A DNA stretch of 60,581 nt, filler included, from Nemertoderma westbladi (lineage: Eukaryota; Animalia; Xenacoelomorpha), in NCBI GenBank assembly GCA_032718475.1. It is 3 parts of 3 records of this genome, joined end to end, with 100 filler letters (N's around TTAATTAATTAA, not from the genome) between each part and the next. Parts side by side here need not be neighbours in the genome. Positions count along the whole stretch, not along the records: positions 1 to 19,212 come from JAUCBJ010003791.1; 2 more parts are not named here. One strand, given 5' to 3'. The position numbers and the translations under genes are program-made. Shown here piece after piece: positions 1 through 11,454 of this stretch. Every line of letters begins with the position of its first letter. Positions within the stretch are counted from its first letter, which is position 1. The notes below the pieces were generated by a model. The model was not told the origin of the DNA. It did no database searches and saw nothing but the letters and a program-made list of their open reading frames with translations.

Positions 1-104
1 CCCCGCACTGTCTCCCCAGCACCCCCCTCCCCCCCCGCACTGTCTCACCCCCCCCCCCCCCTGTCTCCCCAGCACCACCCCCCCCCCCTGTCTCCCCAGC
101 ACCC
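1..104 (+). repeat. C-rich tandem repeat carrying copies of an acceptor-like motif CTGTCTCCCCAG|CACC
   Basis: CTGTCTCCCCAG at 8-19, 61-72 and 88-99 plus a partial copy at about 40, separated by poly-C; truncated by the window edge. Confidence 0.8.
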
Positions 105-193
105 GAACTCCCTACCCGGGTCTCAACAACACTGAACCCGAACTGTTCACCCCGGAACTCACTTTAAAGTTACCAGTACGAAATCTATGTTGA
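100..193 (+). CDS. Putative terminal coding exon of an upstream gene (TRTPYPGLNNTEPELFTPELTLKLPVRNLC*)
   Basis: Follows a polypyrimidine-CAG at 88-99; open frame 101-193 ends in TGA; AT-rich downstream with AATAAA at about 451; no recognisable homology. Confidence 0.35.
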
Positions 194-861
194 CCTCATC
201 GTCCTACATCCTCTAGCTCATATCATCGATATGGTTAAATTGATTTACAGTTTTTTTACTACTTTGATATTTTTTAGAATATTATCTGTTTAACACTGTT
301 ATTTTTTTTCTTTAATGATTATCTATGCTCTTTTCGAGTTATAAAGCAAATATTATAATTCAAATATGAAAATATTTTAATTTCTTTGGCTAAAAGCTGC
401 AATATGGGATGGCCACGACACGAGTGATAATAAGGTTTAAATTACAGATAAATAAAAAAAATATACACATTTCTTTGCGTCGACGTGGTTATTTTTATTG
501 TACTATCAACATTCGACCAACGCCAGTGGTAAACCGACCCAAATATCAGCAGTAATACAATTGTCTCTGATATTGACTCTCGTGTATTAATTGTTCTGGT
601 TAGAATAACTTTTCACTGTAACCTGTTGATTTTCTCCTAAATTGATAATTATCATAATTAATTATCTGAGATGAGATTTGTCTCAATGTTACTATACCCT
701 TTCCGCCACACACACACCAGCGGTCTCCACTCAACTTAGTTGGAGTTAATTATTCCTTTTTACAAAGAAGAGTGTTAGCGTTATCGCTTATATTAATTCT
801 ACTAATATGAAGGCCAATATAATAAAATAAATGATATTGTTGTCGAGTATTGAACTATAAT

Positions 862-1629
862 TCACGTGGGTTCCGCACTGTAAGAGTCCAGTGCGCCGAC
901 CAGATTGCGTTGCTGGCGCTCCATACAGTCGACAGGGGATCGAAGGAACCCCTCGAGCGCGCCACACAACCGCGCCACCTCCGCCACAACGCCGTCGGAG
1001 TGGCGCAACGAGCGTAGCGTATCCGCGACTACCAGCCGCCCGTCGATAGCGCCCCCTAGCAACGCCAACCTGCAGTACCGATCAGTCACCGAGAATATAT
1101 CCGCTAAACTCCAACTCTCGCTGATAAAGTAGATATTAAACCCGACCATTAGGAACTCTAGGTTCGATAATCGTGTTCCTCGTACCGCCAATACCGCCCC
1201 TCTGTTAGTAAAGTGTAACGCCTCTATCGGAAGCTTGCGACATCGTTTCTTTATCGCTAGCCACTCGCTCAGAGATATTCCGTTGTTCTGAAATACGCAA
1301 ATAACCTTGGCGTCTAGGAGTTTGCTCGCTACGCTCGCTTGGTAATTATCCCACGGATGAGGGTTCGCCTCGTAATCTCGTAGTTCGCTAAGTTTATCGG
1401 CGTAGATGCGAGGAGCGCGACATGTTTCCGCTAGATGGCGTCTCATTCGCGGCGGCTGCCAGCGCTCGGTCAGGTAGTAGACCTTGACGCGTTGCCGGTG
1501 TTTCTTGGAGGGGTTCCGGTTGGACCAGAATGCCGAGGTGCGGATGGCGGGTTGCGTAGTGGGGCCTTCGATAGGAAGCCCACGTCCCGGTAATGTAGTC
1601 ATGATGCTACGCAATAGATTCGACATCAT
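862..1629 (-). CDS. MRPL10: Mitochondrial large-subunit ribosomal protein uL10m, single coding exon
   Basis: 255-aa ORF, GC-richer than its flanks; Arg-rich N-terminal presequence; motifs VICVFQN, LEFLMVGFN, LALLGGAIDGRLV and C-terminal QQRNLVGALDSY match my recollection of MRPL10 (MIAVCQN, LLPLFVGHN, LPLLGGCIDDTIL, QPLQLTTLLDQY). Confidence 0.88.
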   Translation of the reverse strand: MMSNLLRSIMTTLPGRGLPIEGPTTQPAIRTSAFWSNRNPSKKHRQRVKVYYLTERWQPPRMRRHLAETCRAPRIYADKLSELRDYEANPHPWDNYQASVASKLLDAKVICVFQNNGISLSEWLAIKKRCRKLPIEALHFTNRGAVLAVRGTRLSNLEFLMVGFNIYFISESWSLADIFSVTDRYCRLALLGGAIDGRLVVADTLRSLRHSDGVVAEVARLCGALEGFLRSPVDCMERQQRNLVGALDSYSAEPT

Positions 1630-2304
1630 TATAACAGCTTACTGCTTTACAGCTTTATGTTACACGCACCGGTCTGCCGGTATCATCTGCAGATCTGTTC
1701 AGTCCTGTACCGGTAATGCTGTATTGGGATAGTTAGATTAGAATGTACCTACCGGTCCTAGCAGTACTACCAGTACCGCCTACCGCTACCGGTAATCGCT
1801 ACTTTCAACCGTAATCTATTACAGTATTATCTAAGGCCTACTGTTTACTATTGATCCAACAATTTATTGAAAACAAATTTGTCGTTCTGAAATTTCATAC
1901 TTTTTAAATTAAAATACAACCAATTTTTTACGTGAAACATAACGTAAGATACGAAATGAAGTTGCAAGTGCAAAAACTAGGCCTATATTGCAACTATATT
2001 GCTTAATTAATTATTTGTCTATTATTATAAATTAAAACAAAGTGACAAGTCAAATCAAAGTGATTGGTGTGCCGTTACTATAAAACGAAACATACAACCT
2101 TTAGGCTACTTGTACTTATACCTGTATACCGGTGTATACAAGTAACTGTAGGTTTATTTTTTTGCTACCATTGTTAGGGGTATTATAAATAATTATCAGT
2201 ATTTCACATTTGAATTTCCCGCCTTTTTTTATACATACACATTTACCCAAATATTTCATCCTTTTATCATATCATTATCATATTTAGGATAGCATGGTGG
2301 TACG

Positions 2305-3480
2305 TAATAAAGGGTATACCGACCTGCTATACCAGAGCTTTACCGACCTATACAGAGCTATACCGACCTATACAGAGCTATACCAACCTATACAGAGCTA
2401 TACCGACCTATACAAAGATATACCGATCTATGAAGTCGTATATTTCACTCATTGGTCCGAAATGTTTGTTACCCGAAACTACCACTACGCATTCCCAAAG
2501 AATTCATAATGCAGCAGAGAGCAGACATTACTGCTCTGTTTATAAGCCTATGAAAACGAACGGATTGCTTTCTAATGTGTAATGACGTCAATATAAATGT
2601 GCCAGACATAGTTTATGGGGAAAGTCTATTGTCGATCGATCATACAGGAATGTCGGAAATTTAGCAAAATTTATCCCACTTCCATAGTAATAAATCCAAC
2701 AATATCATTAATATATTGAGGGGGGGGGGGGGGGGGGGGTGGGTCGCCGCGGTCTTTTATAATGAGTAAGCAAAGTTGTCGTTGAAAGTGAAACATGAAA
2801 CCCTAGAAGCAACCCATTGGTATAGATCTGTATTACACCAGTATAGCTTGAGATTTAGGTCGGCGTATATGCTGGTATTAGCCAGGGCCTACATCACATA
2901 CATCACATAGCTCGGTCGGTATATAGCAATGCATTACATCGTTATATTAGCGTCGAATAGGTCGGCGTTAGCTCAGCATAGGTCGGAATAGGCCAGTTTT
3001 AGCTCTGTATAGGCCAGTTTTAGCTCGGTATAGGCCAGTTTTAGCTCGGAATAGGAGTTTTAACTCGGAATAGGATTTTTAGCTCAGTATAGGCCAGTTT
3101 TAGCTTGGGATAGGCCAGTTTTAGCTCGGTATAGGCCAGTTTTACCTCAGGATAGGCCAGTTTTAGCTCGGTAGAGGCAAGTTTTAGTTCGGTATAGCCC
3201 AGTTTTAGCTCGGCCAGTTTTTGCTTGGGATAGGCCAGTTATTGCTCGGTAGAGGCCAGTATTAGCTCGGTATAGGCCAGTTTTAGCTCGGTATAGGCCA
3301 TTTTTAGCTCGGGAGAGGCCAGTTGTAGCTCGGTATACGACGGTCTGTTTTGGATTGAGATCGGTAAACCGTTTACTAGCCGTTTCTTACGTTGGTATAG
3401 CTCGTTATTAGGCCCGTAAAGCTCGATATAGGTCGGTATAGATCGATATAGGTCGATATAGGTCGGTATACCTTTTAGTA
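2305..3480. mobile_element. Foldback-like non-autonomous DNA element with tandem sub-terminal repeats
   Basis: Left end TAATAAAGGGTATACCGACCT is a near reverse complement of right end AGGTCGGTATACCTTTTAGTA; 20-bp units (TATACCGACCTATACAGAGC) on the left and oppositely oriented 21-bp units (ATAGGCCAGTTTTAGCTCGGT) at about 2985-3335. Confidence 0.7.
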
Positions 3481-3630
3481 TGTACCTAACATGATATAGT
3501 TTATATTTTGAATTGATTTGAACAAATACCATTCCTAATAAAAACATAACCGTTAAAATCATTTACTGATAGAATCTGATATTGCGAATTATAGCAAATC
3601 TGATTCTAGAATATTTTGGCATTATTACAG

Positions 3631-3883
3631 GTATCTCGCTGGGATACATTTACCAGCTGCCGTGGTTCCCAGGGCTCGTCCTGTTGCCCAGCAACCAGCT
3701 CCTGCCCCACCTGTCCCCGACCAACCAGCGGACGGACCGCCTCCAGCCGATAACGAGCCCACAACCAATCAGCTGCCAGAGGAACCCCCTAGGCCCAGTA
3801 TCCCGGTATTAATATGGACCTTTGTTCGAACGTTCGTTAGTAGTTTGGTTCCTCAACCTCATAGAATGCATCAAAACAATTAG
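3631..3883 (+). CDS. HERPUD: Terminal exon of a HERPUD (Herp)-like ER membrane ERAD protein
   Basis: Acceptor TTACAG at 3625-3630; phase-2 exon YLAGIHLP-(Pro/acidic linker)-PSIPVLIWTFVRTFVSSLVPQP..NN* resembles the HERPUD1/2 C-terminus (AWSFITTFFTSLIPEGP); upstream exons not seen in the window. Confidence 0.7.
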
Positions 3884-3904
3884 TTAGTCACGTGTTGGTG
3901 CGTA

Positions 3905-4920
3905 GGAATGTGAGGGGGGAGGGGTATGGGGGTAAGGGAAGGTATGGGGGAATATATGGGGGGAAGGGAAGGTATGGGGGGATATATTGGGGGAAGGGAC
4001 CGTATGGGGGAAGATATGGGGGGTAGGGGATGTATGGGGGGAAGGGAAGGTATGGAGGAATGGGGGAAGATATGGGGGGAAGGGGAGGTATGGGGGAAGT
4101 GAAGGTATGGGGGAAGGGAAGGTATGGGGGAAGATAGGGGGGGAAGGGAGGTATGGGGACGATATGGAGTGAAGGGAGGTATGGGGGAATGTAAGGTATG
4201 GGGGGATATATTGAGGGAAGGGAAGGTATGGGGGTAAGTTATGGGGGGAAGGGAAGGTATGGGAGGAAGGGGAGGTATGGGGGAAGTGAAGGTATGGGGG
4301 GATGTAAGGTATGGGGGGATATATTGAGGGAATGGAAGGTATGGGGGTAAGTTATGGGGGGAAGGGAAGGTATGGGGGGAAGGGAAGGTATGGGAGGAAG
4401 GGATGTGTGGGGGAGTGAAGGTATTGGGGGGGGAAGGGAAGGTATGGGGGATGGAAGGTATGGGTGGATGGGAGGTATGGGGGAGTGAAGGTATGGGGGG
4501 GGGAGGGAAGGTATGGGGGGAGTGAAGGTATGGGGGGGGGAGGGAAGGTATGGGGGGAAGGGAAGGTATGGGAGGAAGGGAGTTGGGGGGGAAGGGAGGT
4601 ATGGGGGGAGGGAAGGTATGGGGGGAGGGAAGGTATGGGTAAGGAAGTGAAGGTAAATGGGGGGAGGGAGTTGTGGGGGAAGGGAAGGTATGGGAGGAAG
4701 GGAGGTGTGGGGGAGTGAAGGTATGGGAGGAAGGGAGTTGTGGGGGAAGGGAAGGTATGGGGGGGGGAGGGAAGGTATGGGAGGAAGGGAGGTGTGGGGG
4801 AGTGAAGGTATGGGAGGAAGGGAGTTGTGGGGGAAGGGAAGGTATGGGGGGGGGGGGGGAGGGAAGGTATGGGAGGAAGGGAGGTGTGGGGGAAGGGAGG
4901 TATGTCTAGCTTGAAGGTAT
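3905..4920 (+). repeat. G-rich minisatellite (GGGAAGGTATGGGG variants)
   Basis: About 1 kb of degenerate 15-20-bp G-tract units starting about 25 nt after the HERPUD-like stop; source of several spurious Gly/Pro-rich ORFs. Confidence 0.95.
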
Positions 4921-5683
4921 TTTGATGAATTTAATGAGGATTTCGTCATAGGAATATGATGGGGAATTAAGTAGGGATGGGATGGTTGTATCTTCTATCA
5001 GGTTATCGGGGTGACTCACACTCAATGGGTTACAAATTTACCTGTCTGTTTATATATTTATGATTTCACTTGGTTTGTGTGAGTTGGAACAACTTGTATT
5101 GTAACTTAACTTGTTTGAGAGTAATAATAAAAAATTACTCAATTATTAATGTAAATATTGAACAGATCTGTATATTTGTTGGTGTAACATAAAACTTCGC
5201 CTGTTGTTATTAACCTTTTAACCTTTAGATACTTTTGTGGAGACTTTAGATGAATTCGAATTTGAAAAACATTGTTTTATCGATCTCGTTTCCATGCGCT
5301 TGTAACCCGCAAATTGTTAAAAAAATGGGTACAAAAATGAATTTTTTTCCATAATTGCCTACTTCAATAAGTAATTAAGTAACTACAAATTGTCAGATTG
5401 TTGTACTTGACATGACACCCCTTTTTTTAAATTTTGTTAAAGAAACTCATTGCATGGGTTATCTTTATCATTTTCAACTATATTTTGCCATAGACCACTG
5501 CGACTTGTCATTCCTTGTCGTTGAGTTGTATGTAACACCACGCTCATGCTTGTTACTTTATCGTTACTTTACCTTTACTGTTACTTTACTGTTAGTATTA
5601 CATTACCTCTCCCATCTGTTCCTTCTTTAGTCTTCAATAGTGGTGTCAATAAATTAATGTGTTAGATTATTCTACAATTGTTA

Positions 5684-5949
5684 CTTTTGTTGGGCAAAGC
5701 TTTGCAAAGTCGGCAATGCCGTCCAGGTGGGATCGAACTGTTGGTCTCCGGGTTGGAAGTCTGACGCGCTAACCATTCAGCTAGCGGCTCAAGTAAAAGA
5801 TACACCTGGAAATACTAACTCATACCTTGTATGTCCGCAATTTACCTCCTCATGGCCTCCCATCTATCAATACCAAAATCCGGAGGTCACCAGTTCGATC
5901 CCACCTGGACGTCATTGCCGACTTTGCAAAGCTGTGTGCCCAACAAAAG
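5684..5949. mobile_element. Palindromic element made of two outward-facing tRNA-derived SINE-like arms
   Basis: About 58-bp imperfect inverted repeat (5684-5741 vs 5890-5949); minus arm has A box TAGCTGAATGGTTAGCG and B box AGTTCGATCCC; plus arm keeps only the B box. Confidence 0.7.
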
Positions 5950-7952
5950 GTTATAATAATATGAAACCACTCATTTACCCATAACACCAATAATATAAAT
6001 TAAATATAATTCTTCTACAAAGTGAATAATATTAAAGCGGTGTGATCCGTGCATAACTGAACCTCTGTTTTTCCCTAGAAACAAGAACTGCTACTGTATG
6101 TTCAGCTGTACCGTTAGTCTGTAAACGTTATTATCTTGTATAGTTGCACCAAATTTACTAAATTTAATATTTCAAGATACACCCCCATGTGGGGTAAAAT
6201 AGGTATACGATAGAATGATATTTAATCATTTTTAACAAAAAAAAACTTAAAATACAGCTTTTGAATAATTTTAATTTTTCTGTAATTTTAAAATATCAAA
6301 ATTTTGAAATCAAACTACTGGTATATATATATATACACAGTGTTCTAATACTCACCAGCATTTTGCACTTACTCAATTTTAATCGTTATTTAACTTTATG
6401 CAACAAACCGCGCTCATCAGCATTCTCTGAAGTGCCACTTTACACATATTAATTTTTTGAAATATTAACCATTAATTATCATATTTTCACAATGAAATTT
6501 TTTCTAATTGTAACCAATAAATAATTGAAAAAATATTCTATATTCAACATTTTGGTATTAATCGAAAATCATCGATAAATCGATCGAAAATTTCATAAAA
6601 TCGATCGAAACATTTCGCAAAAAAAAGTAAACTTTGATGGACAACGCTACCCATCGATAAAATTCAATTAAGAATATTAGTAAAAATTATTTAGTAAATA
6701 AATATATAATACGTTGTATAACACTAAAAACTGATAATTAAGTAATTCGCGTAACCACCATTAGATTAATCGTTATCATTATAAAATAATACACGATGTT
6801 ATTATATAGAACTTAACTATGTCGTGGGAATATAAACGTAGTATTAATTAATATATACATATGAACTAGCGTCTAGGAACCAGTTATTACAGGCGTTTTT
6901 CTTCCTCAAAGTTTTTTGCTGTGAACAATGAAACATCATATATTATGTTTTTGTATTTAGTGTATATTTCACCGATAATTTCTTTTGCTTATGAATTAAT
7001 AATTCATCCATTGTCGGTGTTGTTCATAATATATATATATATAATTACTAACTTTGGAAACACACTCACTATTAATTGGTGCACGACGTACAGTATATGG
7101 ATATTCACGTATTGTGTTGTTTAATAATTAATATAATAATATTATCTCCATTGTTTCCCCAACTCTATGTGTCCGGTAGTACCCGTTATTTATTGTGTTC
7201 TATATTAGAGTCTCATTTGAAATGTTCATCATTTTCGCCCTATTTGCGTTGATAAATAAAACTGAAACTGGAGCCAGTTACTTTTTTCAATAACTTGTTA
7301 TCAAGTTTTTTCCGCTCCCCTTCTTACAGTTTCATTATCAGCTCAAATCATATTAATTGAATACTCTAATTATAACCGTTCGCTAATGGTTCGCAGCCTT
7401 GACTCGCCCCACAAGTCAGCTCACCTTTGCGTTGCTCTGGGTACCTGGATTGAACTGGGAGCACTAATTACAGGTTATTGTTTAATTTTACAATTTGCTG
7501 TAGTTACATATAATTACTTTGGCCATTACTGCCATTATTAAATCGAGACTATTAGCATTCAATTCATAACTACTGTCTCATTATCTCGCCTTGAATTTCA
7601 CTTAAACATGAAAATTCCGAACTTCGGTATTTACAACATTATCACAATCGTAAGACACACATGGTCATTTCATTACACCAAACCCTATACACAGGAATAA
7701 TTAGAAATAGTTTGCTGTAAATCTCAATTATGTAATTGGTTTTATGATTTTTTGATCTTCTTAAAAGGCGCACAAAATCGCAGTTCGGTAACGTAATCTT
7801 TCATTCTTTCTTCAATAGTTTTATGTAATTTATTTCTTCGTAGTTTGTAAATTACGTGCGAGCAACGACATTTTAGTTGTTGGACAGGATCAGTCTGCAC
7901 CACTGTAAGTCCCTCCTTGTAGTGGTTACATTTATGTATAGAGGGCACATCT

Positions 7953-8150
7953 CCCCTGAGGTCGTGGGTTCGATCCCCGCATGTGGGCCAGGATAGTTTT
8001 CGTTTCTGCACGAATGATTCAAAGGGACTAGCGCATAGCTGCGTTGCATCCTTAAATGGAAGCTAAATGACTGCTGGAGTTTTCTCTTGGGAGTTTAGTT
8101 ATAAAGGGGGGGGGGGGGGGGGGGGCACGTAAGACTTTGTGCGTAATCCA
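7953..8150 (+). mobile_element. 5'-truncated tRNA-derived SINE-like fragment
   Basis: GAGGTCGTGGGTTCGATCCCC (tRNA T-arm/B box) followed by a non-tRNA body. Confidence 0.45.
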
Positions 8151-8942
8151 TGGCACAACGGTCAAAAGAAACTTTTTGCTTTTGTACAATGCCGGAAGGC
8201 CCAGAAATAAAACCACCCATTATCACCAGTCATCTGTATATTTTCCGGTGTTCTCAATAAATGTCCATGAGCAGCAGGCGACGTTAAGGACTGACCACCA
8301 CAGAGATTGCCTTCTGTAAGCGGCTGGACTGCAGATTAGAGCTGGGTTTTGGTGATGAGATGCCACCATAATTCTATAGTGCCACATTGCCTACGTCATA
8401 TTTTAGCTATAAACAAAGAGGCAGCTTATTCTATGTTTTGTAAGATATGTTTAGCTTCTTTCAATCTCTCTGACCGAACACAAAGACAAATACGGAAAGA
8501 TATGATCCACTCATTCTGTTACCAGAATAACCCTCCCGATCTGAATTATGGATTTCCAAGGATACTCTTGAAATTGAAGACAAATGACAGCGAATTTTCT
8601 CTCCTTTGCTAATAATTATGCTTTGATACTTCTAAGAGCCGGAGTTGGATCCTCCAAGGTGCCGCATCATCCTTTGTTGCCGCACAAGAGTCTATGGAAT
8701 ACCTGATGCGATTCAACATTATTCAGTTGAAAATATGAATTTCAAAAACCCAGAAAAAGGGAGGTTACTTTTCTTGGCGTTGGGTCCAAGGTCCAAATGA
8801 AAAGAATGTCCGAAAATGCTCTTCACGGTGTTTTTTTTCGGACCTCGATCCATACAAAAAATTAACTGTAACATGTGTTATTGTCTCTCATTTATTGATT
8901 TGAATAGAATAAAGTACCATTGGAACTTCTCCTTTCACATAA

Positions 8943-9032
8943 TCGACCTATTCGGACCATCGTCCCATTCGGACCATCGTTCCATTCGGACCATCGTCTT
9001 ATTCGAACATTCATCCCATTCGGACCTTCGTC
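8943..9032. repeat. Short tandem repeat (CATTCGGACCATCGTCC-like units)
   Basis: About 5 degenerate copies visible. Confidence 0.75.
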
Positions 9033-10224
9033 CTTGAACCATTTTTTGGGGACTGGAATAGACTAAGTTGCCTTCAATTCTCGTGGTTTGACTTTCTTCC
9101 TTTTCATCTCCATGCGATTGGGGTGTAAAAGTAGTTGTGGTATTCGTAGGGAATACTCATCACTAGCCTGGAGACTGACAGGTTTTGCTCATAAAAATTG
9201 ATTATTATATCCCCCCTCCGTCTCAATAATAATTACTACTATCACAAAACCGGTAAGTAAGTACGCCTAAGGTTTTTTGTGATACTTGGTTGAAGACAAG
9301 GAGACATCTACAAGGAGACCTGAACAGTGAACAACATGTAAGAAAAATTGATGAGGTGTAAAGTAAGTTTACCTTGGATGTGGTCTACTCGTCAATTTTA
9401 ATCAGTATATCTTCCTTAACACACCTGTTTCTACAGGCCTGGATTCTCAACCTTTAAATAATGACCAATAGGATCTGTGTATACGATGAGGTGTGAGATG
9501 ATTGATAGCATATATTTTCCACATCATTATAAAACTGAGAACTATGTGACAAAATTTAAACAATTTTTGTCCATATTATTTCTTAGTTCTCACGTTACAA
9601 CTGAATTAGGTCATTTAGGGGTGGAGTTGCGGGGTGGAGTCGTTCTGTAACTTTTTATTCCTAAAAAGATACCCTTTTTACCGAATTATTGGGGAAGTGA
9701 CCGATTTCTTATTTATATCCTCCAGCGGAATATAAAACGTGCTCTTTAGATCCCGGCGGGAAATAAAGTTATTAATAAATATGCATGTGTTTTACTATTA
9801 CTTACTCAGTGCCGGATTAACCTTAAGGCATAAAAGGCACGTGCCCTAGGGCCAGCCGAAAAATACGGGCCATTTTTTCTCAGCGAGTCATTCTTGTGAA
9901 AAAAATATTCTTATCTGAAACGTCCACATTTTCTCCCATTAAAATTAGTAGAATACAGAACAAGAAAGTGCATCTTACGACGACTTCCTATCACTAAATT
10001 TGTGGTAGAAAGTGCAAAATTCTAGCTCAATCGACCGACAGGAAACATGGGCAGTAAAAGCTTTAAAGAGCTATGTAATTATGAACAATGGAGAATCTAA
10101 TTTTATTTATTTGTGGGGAATTATTTTTAGTTATGCTCTTAAACTTTCTAGAACAACCAATAATTACGAGGTGACACAAGTCCTACTATAATCTGTTATA
10201 TATTTTATATCTACTATAAAATAA

Positions 10225-10676
10225 ATTTCTCTACAAGGGGGGTCACAAGTTGAGCCCGAGCCCGGAGAGACTCATTAAACTGATATATTTCTCTGCAGGG
10301 GGGTCACAAGTTGAGTCCGAGCCCGGAGAGACTCATTAAACTGAGATATTTCTCTGCAGGGGGGCACAAGTTGAGTCCGAGCCCGGAGAGACTCATAAAA
10401 ACTGATATATTTCTCTACTGGGGGTCACAAGTTGAGTCCGCACCCGGAGAGACTCATAAAAACTGATATATTTCTCTCCTGGGGGGTCACAAGTTGAGTC
10501 CGCAGCCCGGAGAGACTCATAAAAACTGATATATTTCTCTACTGGGGGGTCACAAGTTGAGTCCGAGCCCGGAGAGACTCATAAAAACTGATATATTTCT
10601 CTACTGGGGGTCACAAGTTGAGTCCGCAGCCCGGAGAGACTCTTTAGACTGCTATATTTCTCTACAGGGGGGTCAC
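10225..10676. repeat. Minisatellite, about 62-bp unit, about 7 copies
   Basis: Unit ATTTCTCT(A/G)C(A/T)GGGGGGTCACAAGTTGAGTCCGAGCCCGGAGAGACTCATAAAAACTGATAT with an internal GAGTC..GACTC hairpin. Confidence 0.9.
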
Positions 10677-11454
10677 CCATTAAATTTTCTGTTTTACGTT
10701 TAATTTTCAGAATTAACTTAATCTATTTAAATATTAAAGAGCCCGGATATGGGCCATTGATGTGTTTTTACACAGGAGGCGGTGACTGGTAAATATTGGG
10801 TCGGTAGTACAGTATATATATACTAATATAAATAATAAAGTATTAACATAAAGAACTTGATAGTAATATAAAGTATCTAATAGTAATATAAAGTAATAAT
10901 ATCAGTAACGCATGGGTTGAGGGACCGTTTACGTACGTAAAAAACAGACATAGGAAAAAGAAATCACAGCCCAGGAAATCCCCCATAACAATAGCTATTG
11001 CAGCCCTTAGCAATGTACTTTTAGGAGATGGTGTGCTTTACTTTTTATTTGGACAGACAGACAGTTGGAGACACCGACCGATAGTCTTACAGAAATTTAA
11101 GTAAATGAATTTAAATTCAATATTATTGTCCAACAAAAATGTATATTACACTTTATACAAACTTATTTCATTTTTTGAGGAGTATGCCATTTCAATATGT
11201 TGACTTCAAACACAGTAACCCCCATTATCTTATTAGTATTTTACGGTTTGTTTACGCAGTCTGAGCTACGCTGCTTGATTTCTCCATGAAAAAATCGTTG
11301 ATTGATGTCACCATTGATAAAAAAAAACGCATGGAGAGTGTAACTGGAAAAATAAAAACCAGTTTATAAATAAAAAAAAAGTCGGCCCACTAAATTTAGA
11401 GGGTTGCTGCAGCTTGCCAGGTTGTATTATAGTAGGTCATGGGTGACCGGACGC

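Noticed and set aside
905-1732. Plus-strand ORFs overlapping MRPL10
   Set aside because: Antisense shadows of a GC-rich CDS
2294-3562. ORFs 2294-2509 and 3239-3562
   Set aside because: Derived from the foldback element's tandem repeats
3987-4949. Gly-rich and Pro-rich ORFs
   Set aside because: Translations of the G-rich minisatellite on both strands
5715-5790. Functional tRNA gene
   Set aside because: Has A and B boxes but the acceptor stem does not pair and it is part of a repeat; the same applies to 7953, 19655 and 46049
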